Assembly (NCBI RefSeq): GCF_009914755.1
Contig: NC_060927.1
Direction: 5' to 3' (one strand)
Length of the DNA: 64,000 nt
Origin: the human T2T-CHM13v2.0 reference genome, Homo sapiens
Both the position numbers and the translations under genes were made by a program. A model generated the notes under the pieces. That model was not told where the DNA came from. It did no database searches and was given only the letters and a program-made list of their open reading frames with translations. Below are positions 1 to 15,800 of the stretch, piece after piece; the first letter of the stretch is position 1; the number at the start of each line of letters is the position of its first letter.

Positions 1-1503
1 TGAATAAAATCTGGAAGCCTTTCCTCAAAGAACTGGAACAAGACAAGGATGCCCACCTTCACGACTCTTATTCAGCACAGTCCTAGAAGTCCTATCCAGA
101 GCAATTAGGTAAGAGAAAGAAATAAAGGGCATCCAAATTAGAAAAGAGATAGTCAAATTATCCCTCTTTCCAGATGACATGACCATACATATAGAAAAAC
201 CTAAATACTCCATCCAAAAACTAATAAATTCATTAAAATTGCAGGACACTGAATCAACATAGAAAAATCAGTAGCATATACCAGCAACGAACTAGCTGGA
301 AAAAAAATAAAGTAATTCCACTTAGAATAGCTACAGAATAAAATAACTACGAATAAATTTAACCATAGAGTTGAAAGATCTCTAAATTGGAAACTACAAA
401 ACACCAATGAAAGAAATTAAAGAGGACATAAACAAATGGAAAGATATCCCAAGCTCATGGATTAGAACTAATAGTGTTAAAATGACCATACTTCCCAAAG
501 TAATCTACAAATAAAATGCAATCCCAATCAAAATGCCAATGATATTCTTCCTAGAAACAGAAAAACCAATCCAAAAATTCACATGGAACCACAAAAGACA
601 CCAAATAACCAAAGCAATACTGAGCAAAAAGAACAATGCTGGAGGCATCACACTATCTGACTTCAAAATATATTACAAAGCTATAGTAACCAAAACAGCA
701 TGACATTGGTATAAAAATAGCTGGGTGTGGTGGTACACATCTGTAGTCCCAGCTATTCAGGAGGCTGAGGAGGGAAGATTGCTTGAAGTCAGGAGTTCAA
801 GGGTACAGTGAGCTATGATCATGGACTGCACTACAGTCTGGATGACAAAGCAAGACCCCATCTCTTTAAAAAACAAATACATAGACCAATGGAACAGAAT
901 AGAAAACCCAGAAATAAATCCCCATATTTAGAGCCAATTGACTTTCAACAAAGGCACCAAGAACATATACTGCAAAAGGATACCCTCTTCAATAAATGTT
1001 GCTGGAAAAACTAAATACCCATATGCAGAAGAATGAAACTATACCCCTATTTCTCACCATATACAAAAATCTACTCAAAATGGGTTAAAAATTTAACCAT
1101 AAGACCTGAAAATGTAAAATTTCCAAAACAGGGGAATAACTATATGACATTGGTCTGAGCAATGATTTTTTAGATTTCACCCAAAAAGCACAGGTAACAA
1201 AAGCAAAAAACAGACAAAAGGGATTACATCAAAATTAAAAGCTTTTGTACAACCAATGAAATCATTTTCAGAGTGGAGAGACAACCTATAGATTGGGAGA
1301 TAGTCTCAAATCATACATCTCACTAGGGATACGTACATATCTAAAATATGTAAGGAAACTCAAACAACTCTATAAAAAGAAAACAAATAATCCAATTTAA
1401 AAAATGGGTAACAGAATGAATAGACATTTATCAAAAGAAGATATACAAATGTCCAATAGACATATGAAAAAATGCTCAACTTCACTAATTAGGGAAATAT
1501 AAA
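1..1503 (+). mobile_element. Old L1 (L1M/L1PB-type) ORF2 3' fragment
   Basis: Degenerate L1 ORF2 RT/C-terminal sequence (gaactggaacaagacaaggatgcccac, ttcaataaatgttgctggaaaaac) with many stops. Confidence 0.85.
719..872 (+). mobile_element. Alu right monomer (FRAM/AluJ-like) inside L1
   Basis: gctgggtgtggtggtacacatctgtagtcccagcta...caagaccccatctct followed by A-rich sequence. Confidence 0.8.
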
Positions 1504-1504
1504 T

Positions 1505-1749
1505 GTCTTAGTCTGTTTCGTGTTGCTGTAACTGAATACCTGAGACCAGGTAATACAATATAATGAATAGAAATTTATTTAGCTCACAGTTAATCAAGCT
1601 GAAAAGTTTGAGACTGGGTGGCTACATCTGGCAGCTTCTAGTGAGGGCTTCCTGCTCTTCATAGCATGGTAGAAAAGTGTAAGAGGAAGCAGAAGTGCGC
1701 AAAAAGACTAAATAGGACAAACAGGTTTATAACAACTCATTCTCACGGG
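1505..1749 (-). mobile_element. MaLR LTR fragment (MST/MLT1-like)
   Basis: tgtcttagtctgtttcgtgttgctgtaactgaatacctgagac...ttatttagctcacagtt is typical of a reverse-oriented MaLR LTR end. Confidence 0.7.
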
Positions 1750-3525
<1,776 letters not shown>

Positions 3526-3799
3526 AGGGTTAAGATTAACAAATTCATCTTAAGGGAAGAAAGAACTAAAGCTTGGTTTAAGGAGTTCAGTATTTGCTAA
3601 ATTAAATGGGGAGGCTAACAAAGCCATAACAATTGCTTTGGCAGCAATGGTGATGACGATAAGTGGACTCAGGAACACATGTTGGCACCCTCATTGTAGA
3701 AGATTTCAGTAACATCAACTATAGTAATATCCTTTAATAATACTTCTGATATCAGCACCAATAAGAGAGACACAAAAATAATGACTAACTTTTAATAAT

Positions 3800-3993
3800 C
3801 ACCTACTAACTTCCTGGCATTATACTTGGGACTTTACATGGATCATCTCCTTATATCTGCACACTAACCCAATAAGGTGTGTATTATTATCCCTGCTTTA
3901 AAGACACGGTAAGAAACCTGTCCAAGGTAAGTCAGTGTATTAGCAGTATAGCTAATATCTTAATCCAGATGTCTGGCTCCAAAGTTCATGCTT
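3800..3993 (-). mobile_element. MIR
   Basis: Degenerate reverse MIR core (tattattatccctgcttta...tgtccaaggt...tgtctggctccaaagttcatgct). Confidence 0.65.
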
Positions 3994-4708
3994 ATTCCAA
4001 ATACATGAATCAAATAAAATTGTCACTAAGAGAATGAATTTTCAAGGTCCACATCAAAACCACCTGGAAATTCCACATCTATTTAGAAAGGATTTAAAGG
4101 AGAGCTAGTGTTCCCACTGAATAGTTTTGGGGAATGACCAGAAATATTATACCTATTAATATTATTAAACCTTAGCCCCAGAATGGCATAAAGGCAGAAG
4201 CGTACAGATTACAATTTGATTGTTTCATACAATCTTCAAAAGTGTGATTTTTCTTAACAACATAAATGTGCACTGACATCATCTGAGTTCCATGGGCAAT
4301 GGCACATCATAAGTTTTTTCTTTTAATCTTCTTCTTTTTTTTTTGCTCATCATTTGACTTAAAGCTCAATCATCACAACTTTTTCTCCAACAGAAAGTAC
4401 CTTCCTTAATATTTTCATTTATTTTATGGGCTCAAAGAATTCTCAGAAGTGAGATTTAAAAGAAAAGAAAAATAACATTTTTGTGAGGTACATAGGGCAT
4501 TCAAAATTACTTCTCTGTTTACAACTCAGAAAACTGAATTTTACATTAAATGACATAAGCATTAACCCAAGAGCAAAAAATTTAGTATACATTGAGCTAA
4601 GTCCTAGGTATAAATGCAAATAAGACACAATACCTCTTCTTCTCAAGGAGCTCATGGTATAGCAGAGGAGGTGGAAATAAACAGCTATACTGCAACGTGG
4701 ATAGGTAC

Positions 4709-5307
<599 letters not shown>

Positions 5308-6062
5308 TGATAGATACATAGGCATGAGCCACTTGATAGATACATTACTAATTTCCCCAATTACACATTAAATTTAGTAACTGAATAATGCCACTGAAAT
5401 TCTCATTTTGGGGGGAAAACTTAGCAAGAGACCTAATAAAATATAAAGTTAAAATTGTCGTTACTGATTCACTAAGTAGAACCTAGGTGAAAATATTTTC
5501 CAAAAGAAGAAAAATTCAAGAATTCATAGAAAATAAAGAGTTTTAAATAATAAAATTTGTTGTAGATATTTAAAAAGGCAACTATAAGTACTATTTAATG
5601 TAATTAGGCTTACAATAGAAATACAAACCAGAAGTTAGCTTTGGATAGTTTGGGGGGAAAAAAATTAGGATAATCAACTTTTCATCTATATAAAAAGTAT
5701 CCTACAGGCTGAACACAGAAAATAAAAAGAGAAGCTTCAGAAGCTTGTAGCAAATGGAAGTTTATAAATCTAACAGAATGTACTAACTGACCATCCCTAG
5801 CTTTGTGCCACAGATTTTTTCTTATTTCCAGTCCACACACAATCCTCTCCTAGAGCTTAAAACAAAGGCAACTTCAGATCTGCATTTCTCTTATTGGCAC
5901 AACAAGCTACATTTGTCAATGGAATTCAGCTTTTCCATTTGTTAATGGAAAATCTCAAACCATTTTTTTAAGGAATGTGTTCAGCCATTCATTCAAAAAC
6001 TATTTACTGAGCACTAAGTACTAGTTAAAATTCTAGAGTCTGAATATAAAAATAACGGACAA

Positions 6063-6503
<441 letters not shown>

Positions 6504-6745
6504 TCATTAAGTGTCTGTATCCATTTTTCCAAAATACAAGTATGGTGGCCAGTGCTTCTGAAACACATTATTAGCCATGGACTGTTGGTTCCAATAGCCA
6601 TTCCAGCCACCCGGGGAGAAAAATAATACCAGCTATCAGAGCACATTTACCTCACATTTAGCAATAATGTATCTGTGAAAAAGAACAGGGAAGGATACAT
6701 AAAAATAAATATAATTATTTTGAGTAAAGTTATCACTAAACATAC

Positions 6746-6940
6746 CTTTCAGATAAATAACAGCTCTTGTGAGGGTTTAGATTTTGATAAGATTCTAGGC
6801 TGCCATCAGATGATGAAGAAAGTTGCTCTGATTGCAAGTTGTCTGTATCACTCAAACTTCCCTCAGTTACAGGTGGGGTCCTTATGTATTTTCTTCCTAA
6901 CTCCGTTCCCAGGACATTCGTCAATATAACTCTGGGTATC
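6746..6940 (-). CDS. SENP7: SENP7 coding exon (195 nt, phase 2-2; probably exon 6), canonical PxVxL HP1 box
   Basis: Acceptor tttgttattctatgtgacag|G; donor GAAAG|gtatgt. Encodes (R)[64 protein letters not shown](R), in frame with the 198-nt exon. Confidence 0.93.
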
Positions 6941-7526
6941 CTGTCACATAGAATAACAAACACTGTACTGTACTGAAGTTTTCAGTTAAAAAAAAATGTA
7001 TTCCAGGAAGGTGAATTTTCAATCATTGCCATCTTAGCACAAGAAAGCTGTTCGAACTACACCACCCTAGAAATTAACCCATAAATACTTAAAAATTTAG
7101 AAAAACACAATCTTTTGGTTTATAGAAGCACTTGTTTCTTATCACTTATAACATAGATTAGCCTGCCACTACAATATCTTTAATTATACTAATGGATGCC
7201 ATTGAGAGGCTTAAAATTTTAACAAATTCTTCTCTAAAAATGCTTTCTTTCCTTTTCCAGAAATTATTAAAAACACAGCTTACTACAAATCAATTCAAGA
7301 AATCTTTGTTCTTCTCATTTAACAGAAATGTCTTTGATAAGTAATTTACGTACTTGCAATTGGGAAATGACAAATAATAAATCCAACAAGACATCATTCA
7401 GATTGCATCTCTGGTAATGAAAGATTCCGTAACTGAAACAGCACATATAATGGTGATAACATATATGCTAATATGTAATAGCATCAGGAAAAGAGTCAAT
7501 ACATTTAAATGTTTAGAAAATTAAAG

Positions 7527-7810
7527 TTTTTGTTTAGTTGGTTTTTCTTTTTTGAGACTGCAGTGCAGTGACACAATCACAGCTCACTGCAGCCTCGATC
7601 TCCTGGCCCAAGTAATCCTCCTACCTCAGCCTCTTAAGTAGCTGGGACTATAGGCACAAGCCACCACGCCCAGGTAACTTTTTTATTTTCTGTAGTGACT
7701 ATGTCTCATTATGTTGTCCAGGCTGGTTTCAAACTCCTGGGCTCAAGCAATCCTCCCACTTCAGCCTCCCAAAATTCTGAGATTACACGTGTGAGCCACT
7801 GCATCTAGCC
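7527..7810 (-). mobile_element. AluJ
   Basis: Reverse Alu with J-type motifs (cacagctcactgcagcctcg, ggctcaagcaatcctcccac). Confidence 0.85.
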
Positions 7811-8698
7811 TGGACTGTATTTTTAAGTCTCCAGACCTTAAATTGGTGAGTTTTATATCAAATGCACTATATAAGCCTGATATCTTCTTAAACAGAAGAT
7901 GTACATTTGATATATAAAGAAGTACATTTGGTATAAAATTAGTGCAATATTTACTCTGCTGGCCAGTCATTATTATGAACATTACTTTGCCACACTACAA
8001 TAATGCCTTCAATATTGATATTCAGCCCAGAATTCACTGGCCCAAGCCAAATTATTGTGATTTTTTTAAGTTCCTGTTATGTAATTTTAAAGTTTTCCTA
8101 ACTCCTCTTTATTAGATGCCCAGTTGACTGTTATCAATATGCCACTAGCAATACTTTACTTATACTTTGTTTGTAAGAAACAATATATAGAAAGAGCCAG
8201 AGTACGAGCATACCTCATTTTATTGTGCTTCACTTTACTGCACTTCACAGATACTGTGTTTTTCACAAATGCAAGGTTTGTGGCAACCTTGAGTAGAACA
8301 CATCTATCAGCATGACTTTTCCAACAGCATGTGCTCACTTTGTGTCTCTGTGTCACATTTCGGTAACTCTCAAAATATTTCAATCTTTTCATTATTATTA
8401 TATCTAGTATGATGATCTGTAATCAGTGATATTTGATGGCACAATTGTAATTGCTTTGAAGCACCACAAACCATGCATGCATAAGACATTGAACTTAATT
8501 AACAAATGCTGTGTGTGTTCTGACTGCTTCACCTACCAACCATTCCCCTATCTCTCTCTCTCTCCTCAGGCCTCCTCCCTATCCCCTGAGACACAGCAAT
8601 GTTGAAATTATGCCAATTAACAGCACTACCATGGCCTCTAAATATTCACGTGAAAGGAAGAGTCTCAAGTTTCTCACTTTAAATCAAAAGCTAGAAAT

Positions 8699-8996
8699 GG
8701 CTGGGTGTGGTGGCTCACACCTGCAATCCCAGCACTTTGGGAGGTCAAGGTGGGACAATCACTTGAGGCCAGGAGACTGAGGCCAGCCTGGGAAACACGG
8801 CAAGACTCCATCTCTACAAAACATAATTAACGAGCCATCCAGCCATGGCAGTACATGCCTGTAGTCCGAGCTACTTGGGAAGCTGAGAGAGGAGCATCCC
8901 TTGACCCCAGGAGTTCAAGGCTGCAGAGAGCTAGGATTGCGCCACCTCTGTTTGCCTGGGAAAGAGAGCAAGTCCTTGTCTCAAAAAAAAAAAAAA
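8699..8996 (+). mobile_element. AluJ inside Tigger1
   Basis: Full Alu with A-tail; Tigger1 sequence resumes after it. Confidence 0.85.
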
Positions 8997-9131
8997 GAAC
9001 TAAAAATTACTAAACCTAGTGTGGAAAGCATGTTGAAAGCTGAGACAGGCTGAAAGCAAGACTGCTTGCTGCAGAGTCAAGTTGTGAATGAGAAAGAATA
9101 GTTCTTGAACAAATTTAAAAGTGCTACTCCT

Positions 9132-9554
<423 letters not shown>

Positions 9555-9670
9555 TTAAGCCAAAGCCTAACTCAGAGCAAGATACTCTCTTCAATTCTAT
9601 GAAGACTGAGAGAGGTTAGGAAGCTGCAGAAGAAAAGTTGGTTTACAAGCTTTAAGAAAAGAAGTTGTCT

Positions 9671-9903
9671 CAGCCTGAGCAACATAGTGAGACCCTGTCT
9701 CTACAAAAAATAGAAAGTATTAGCTTAGTATGGTGGCATGCACCTGTAGCCTCAGCTACTCGGGAGACTGAAGTGAGAGGATCACTTTAGCCTGGGAGAT
9801 CAAGGCTGTAGTGAGCCATGATGACGCTAGCTGGGAGGTCAAAGCTGAAATGAGTCATGCTGGGCAACAGAATGAGACCCTGCCTCAAAAAAAAAAAAAA
9901 AAA
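9671..9903 (+). mobile_element. 5'-truncated AluJ inside Tigger1
   Basis: Starts cagcctgagcaacatagtgagaccc; contains an internal repeat of the ctgggag..tcaa.gctg segment; A-tail. Confidence 0.8.
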
Positions 9904-10215
9904 CTATCTCCATAACATGAAATGCAAGGTGAAGCAGCAAGTACTGATGGAGAAGCTGCAGCAAGTTATCCAGAAGATCTAGCTAAGATAAGTGATGAAG
10001 GTGGCTACACTAAACAACAGATTTTCAATGTAGATGAAAGATCCTTCTATTGGAATAAAATGACATCTAGGAATTCCATACCTAGAAAGGAAAAGTCAAT
10101 GCATAAGTTCGAAAGACAGGCTGACTCTCTTGTTAGGGGCTAATGAAGCTGGTGTCTTATCTGTGAAGCCAGTGCTCAATTACCATGCAAAAGATCCAAT
10201 GGCCCTTAAGAATTA

Positions 10216-10507
<292 letters not shown>

Positions 10508-10984
10508 ATGCTAAATCTACTTTGCCTGTACTCTAAAAATGGAACTACAATGTCTGCATGACTGGATGACAGCACATCTGTTTACAGCGTGGATCACTGA
10601 ATCACTTAACACCATCTTTGAGAACTGCCACTCAGAAAAAAAATAAATAAAATTCCTTTCAAAATATTACAGCTCGTTGACAATGCACCTAGTCACCCAA
10701 GAGCTCTGATGGGGAGGTACAAGAGAATTCGTGTTGTTTTCATGCCTGCTAATAAAACATCCATTCTATAGCCCATGGATCAAGAAGTAATTTCAAGTTT
10801 CAAGTCTTACAATTTAAGAAATACATTTCATATAGCTACCACAAACAGTGATTTCCTCTGATGGGTCTGGGAAAAGTAAACTGAAAATCTTCCGGAAAGG
10901 ATTCATCATTCTAGATGCCTCTGCATAAAACAACAAAGGTAACAAAGTACAGTGAAGTTCACATTTTCACTTAAACAAAAGTAT

Positions 10985-11170
10985 ACGCATATACTTGGAG
11001 ACAGGGCCGGTTCAGTTCCAGACCCCCGCCATAAAGTGAGTATCACAATAAAACACGTCACACAAATTTTGTGGCTTCCTAGTGAATATATAATTATGTT
11101 TACACTATACTGTAGTCTATTAAGTGTGCAATGGCACTATGACTAAAAAAATGCACATCCCCTAATTAAA
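10985..11170 (-). mobile_element. Tigger1 right end (inverted relative to the main body)
   Basis: TA then cgcatatacttggagacagggccggttcagttccagacccccgccataaag...tactgtagtctattaagtgtgcaat, the reverse complement of the Tigger1 3' terminus. Confidence 0.8.
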
Positions 11171-11529
11171 AATTTTACTATTTTTCCCTACATAAAGACA
11201 CTATGTTCATTTCATTATGTTCCAGACAGCATAAAATTTTAGATCCTTGGAGAACTTTAAAATAAATTAGTCCTCTCTTTATTGTAAACATGAAGAACCC
11301 AACGCTCAGAAAAGTTAAATAAGCTGCCCAAGTATAAGTAGCTTTCCTAGTGGAAGAACCTGGGCCTATTATCTTTGGGGGTTTTTTGTCTGTCCTATTA
11401 CATTATACTACATCCTCAATGCTAATTTGCCAAAGGATTCCAGATAACTGAGATTGCCAACAGATACTTCAGGAAACTCTTGAAAATATCCATTTATACC
11501 ATAATCAGAATAAAAAGTGCTGCAACAAC

Positions 11530-12747
11530 TATCTAGAAAACCCGATAGTCTCAGCACAAAAGCTCCTTCAGCTGATAAAACAACTTGAACAAGGTTTCAG
11601 GATAAAAAAAATCAATGTACAAAAATCACTAGCATTCCTATATACCAACAACAGCCAAGTGGAGAACCAAATCACAAAGGCAATCTCATTCATAACAGCC
11701 ACAAAAAGAATAATATACCTCTGAATACAGCTAACCAGGGAGGTGAAAGATCTCTATAAGGAGAACTATAAAACATTACTTTAAAAAATCAGAGAAGACA
11801 CAAACAAATGGAAAAACATCCCAGGCTCATGGATAGAAAGTATCAATATTAAAATGGCCATATATCCCAAAGCAATTTACAGATTCAATGCTATTCCTAT
11901 CATACTACCAACAACATTCTTCATAGAATTAGAAAAAACTACTTTAAAATTCATATGGAACCAAAAAGAACCCCATATAACCAAGGCAATCCTAAGCAAA
12001 AAGAAGAAAACTGGAAGAATCACCTTACATCCCTTCAAACCATGTTATAGGGCTATAGTAACCAAAACACCATGGTACTGGTACAAAAATAAACACACAG
12101 ACTAATGGAAAAGAATAAAGAGCCCAGAAGTAATACTACACACCTACAATTCTGTGATCTTTGACAAACCTGACAAAAACAAGCAATGGACAAAGGGCTC
12201 CATATTTAATAAATGATGCTGGGAAAAGAACTAGCCATATGCAAAAAATTGAAATTGAACCCGATTTTTACACCATATATAAAAATTAGCTCAAGATGGA
12301 TTAAAGACTTAAATGTAAAACCTAAAAGTATAAAAAACCTAGAAGAAAATTTAGGCAATACCATGCAGGACATAGGCAGGCACGGGCAAAGATTTCATGA
12401 CAAAAATGCCAAAAGCAATTGCAACAAAAGCAAAAATTGACAAATGGGATCTAATTAAACTAAGGAGCTTCTGCACAGCAAAAGAAACTATCATTAGAGT
12501 GAACAGACACCCTATAGAATGGGAGAAAGTTTTTGCAATCTATCCATCTAACAAATGTCTAATTTCCAGAGTTTACAAGGAACTTAAACAAATTAACATG
12601 AAAAAAAGCAAACAATCCCATTACAAAGTGGGCAAAGGACATGAACAGACACGTTTCTAAAGAAGATACACATGCAGACAATAATCATATTTTAAAAGCA
12701 CAACATCACTGATCATTAGAGAAATAAAAATCAAAACCACAATGAGA
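11530..12747 (+). mobile_element. L1 (older L1PA/L1PB) ORF2 fragment
   Basis: ORF pieces [14 protein letters not shown]...WYWYKN and [20 protein letters not shown]. Confidence 0.88.
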
Positions 12748-12888
12748 CGCACAGTGAGAAAACAATGTGAAGAGACACAGGGAGAAGACAGCCATCTACA
12801 AGCCAAAGAGAGAGGCCTGGCACAGGCGTTCTCTCACAGCCCTCAAAACACCTTGATTGGATTTCTTGCCTCCAGAATTGGGAACAAA
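12748..12888 (+). mobile_element. MLT1-type MaLR LTR internal fragment
   Basis: gtgaagagacacagggagaagacagccatctacaagccaaagagagaggcc...gcctccagaattg. Confidence 0.7.
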
Positions 12889-12889
12889 A

Positions 12890-15800
12890 GGGGATAATGG
12901 TGGATGGGAGGCAGACTAGATTGCAGCTCTGACTCGACAGACAGAGCAGCATGTGGAAGCTCGCATCGTGAATTTTTGCTCCAGAACAACTGCAGGAATA
13001 AATCAGGAAGCCTAAGAGGACCCACACACCTCCTGAAGGAAGCAGAGTACACCAGCATGACCCAGGACACCCCAAATACTATGCTGGTATCCATGGCTGA
13101 GAGACCCATAGATGGTTCAGGTCACAAGACTCTGTGCAGACAACCGCCAGTACCAGCCCAGAGCCTGGTAGAATAGCTGGGTGGCTAGATCCAAAAGAAA
13201 GATAACAATCACTACAGCTCCGCTCTCAGGAAGCCACATCCATAGGAAAAGGGGGAGAGTACTATAACAAGGGAACACCCCATGGGACAAAGGAATCTGA
13301 ACAACAGCCTTCAGCCCTAGACCTTCCCTCTGACAGAGCCTACTCAAATGACAAGGAACCAGAAAACCAACTCTGGTAATATGACAAAATAAGGTTAACA
13401 CCTCTGAAAAATCATACTAGCTCACCAGCAATGGACTCAAACCAAGAAGAAATCCCTGATTTACCTGAAAAAGAATTCAGGAGGTTAGTTATTAAGCTAA
13501 TCAGGGAGGCACCAAAGAAAGGTGAAGCCCAGTGTAAGGAAGTCCAAAAAATGATACAAGAGGTGAAGGGAGAAATATTCAAGGAAATAGATAGCATAAA
13601 TAAAAAACAATCAAAACTTCAGGAAACTTTGGACACACTTATAGAAATGCAAAATGCTCTGGAAAGTCTCAGCAATAGAATTGAACAAGTGGAAGAAAGA
13701 AATTCAGAGCTTGAAAACAAGGTCTTCAAATTAACCCAATCCAACAAAGACAAAGAAAAAAGAATAAGAAAATATGAACAAAGCCTCCAAGAAGTCTGGG
13801 ATTATGTTAAATGACCAAATCTAAGAATAATAGGTGTTCCTCTTTTACACTGTTGGTGGGACTGTAAACTAGTTCAACCACTGTGGAAGAGAGTGTGGTG
13901 ATTCCTCAAGGATCTAGAACTAGAAATACTATTTGACCCAGCAATCCCATTACTGGGTATATACCCAAAGAATTATAAATCATGCTACTATAAAGACATA
14001 TGCACACATACGTTTATTGTTGCACTATTCACAATAGCAAAGACTTGGAACCAAGCCAAATGTCCATCAAAGATAGATTGGATTAAAAAATGTGGCACAT
14101 ATACACCATGGAATACTATGCAGCCATAAAAAAGGATGAGTTCATGTCCTTTGTAGGCACACGGATGAAGCTGGAAACCATCATTCTCAGCAAACTATTG
14201 CAAGGACAAAAAACCAAACACCACATGTTCTCACTCATAGGTGGGAATTGAACAATGAGAACACCTGGACACAGGAAGGGGAACATCACACACCAGGGCC
14301 TGTTGTGGAGTGGGGGGAGGGGGGAAGGATAGCATTAGGAGATATATCTAATGTAAATGACGAGTTAATGGGTGCAGCACACCAACATGGCACATGTATA
14401 CATATGTAACAAACCTGCACGTGTGCACATGTACCCTAAAACTTAAAGTATAAAAAAAAAAAAAGAATAATAGGTGTTCCTGAGGAAAAAGAGAAATCTA
14501 AAAGTTTGGAAGATATATTTTGGGGAATAATTGAGGAAAGCTTCCCTGGCCTTGCTAGAGACCTAGACATCCAAATACAAGAAACTCAAAGAACACCTGG
14601 AAAATTCATCACAAAAAGATCATCACCTAGTCACATTGTCATCAGGTTATCTAAAGTTAATATGAAGGAAAGAATCTTAAGAGCTGTGAGGCAAAAGCAC
14701 CAGGTAACCTGTAAAGAAAAACTATCAGATTAACAGCAGATTTCTCAGCAAAAACCCTACAAGCTAGAAGGGACTGGAGCCCTATCTTCACCCTCCTCAA
14801 ACAAAACAATTATCAGCCAAGAATTTTGTATGCAGCGAAACTAAGCTTCATATACAAAGGAAAGATACAGTCTTTTTCAGACAAACAAATGGGAAGAGAA
14901 TTCGCCATCACCAAGCACTAAAAGAACTGCTAAAAGGAGCTCTAAACCTTAAAACAAATCCTAGAAACACATCAAAACAGAACCTCTTTAAAACATAAAT
15001 CTCACAGGACCAGCTATTCTTATATCAGACAAAACAAACTTTAAAGAAACAGCAGTTAGAAAAGACAAAGAGGGGCATTATATAAGGACAAAAGGATTAG
15101 TCCAACAGGAAAATATAAACATATATGCACCTAACACTGGAGCTCCCAAATTTATAAAACAACTACTAATAGACCTACGAAATGAGATAGACAGCAACAC
15201 AGTAATAGTAGGGGACTTCAATATTCCACTCACAGCACTAGACAGGCCATCAAGACAGAAAGTCAACAAAGAAACAGTGGATTTAAACTATACACTGGAA
15301 CAAATGGACTTAATGGATATATACAGAACATTCCATCCAACAACCGCAGAATATACGTTCTATTCAACAGCACATGGACCTTTCTCCAAGACAGACCATA
15401 TGATAGGCCACAAAACAAGCCTCAATAAATTTGAGAAAACTGAAATTACACCAAGCACTCTCTCAGACCACAGTGGAATAAAACATGGAAATCAACTCTA
15501 AAAAGAACCTTCAAAACCATGCAAACACATGGAAATTAAATAACCTGCTCCTGGTGATCACTGGGTCAAAAATGAAATCAAGATGGAAATTAAAAAACTT
15601 TTCCAACTGAACAACAATAGTGACACAACCTATCAAAACCTCTGGGACACAGCAAAGGCGATGCTAAGAGGAAAGTTCATAGCCTTAAATGCCTACATCA
15701 GAAAGTCTGAAAGAGCACAGACAATCTAAGGTCACACCTCAAAAAACTAGAGAAACAAGAACAAATCAAACCCAAACCCAGCAGAACAAAAGAAACAAGC

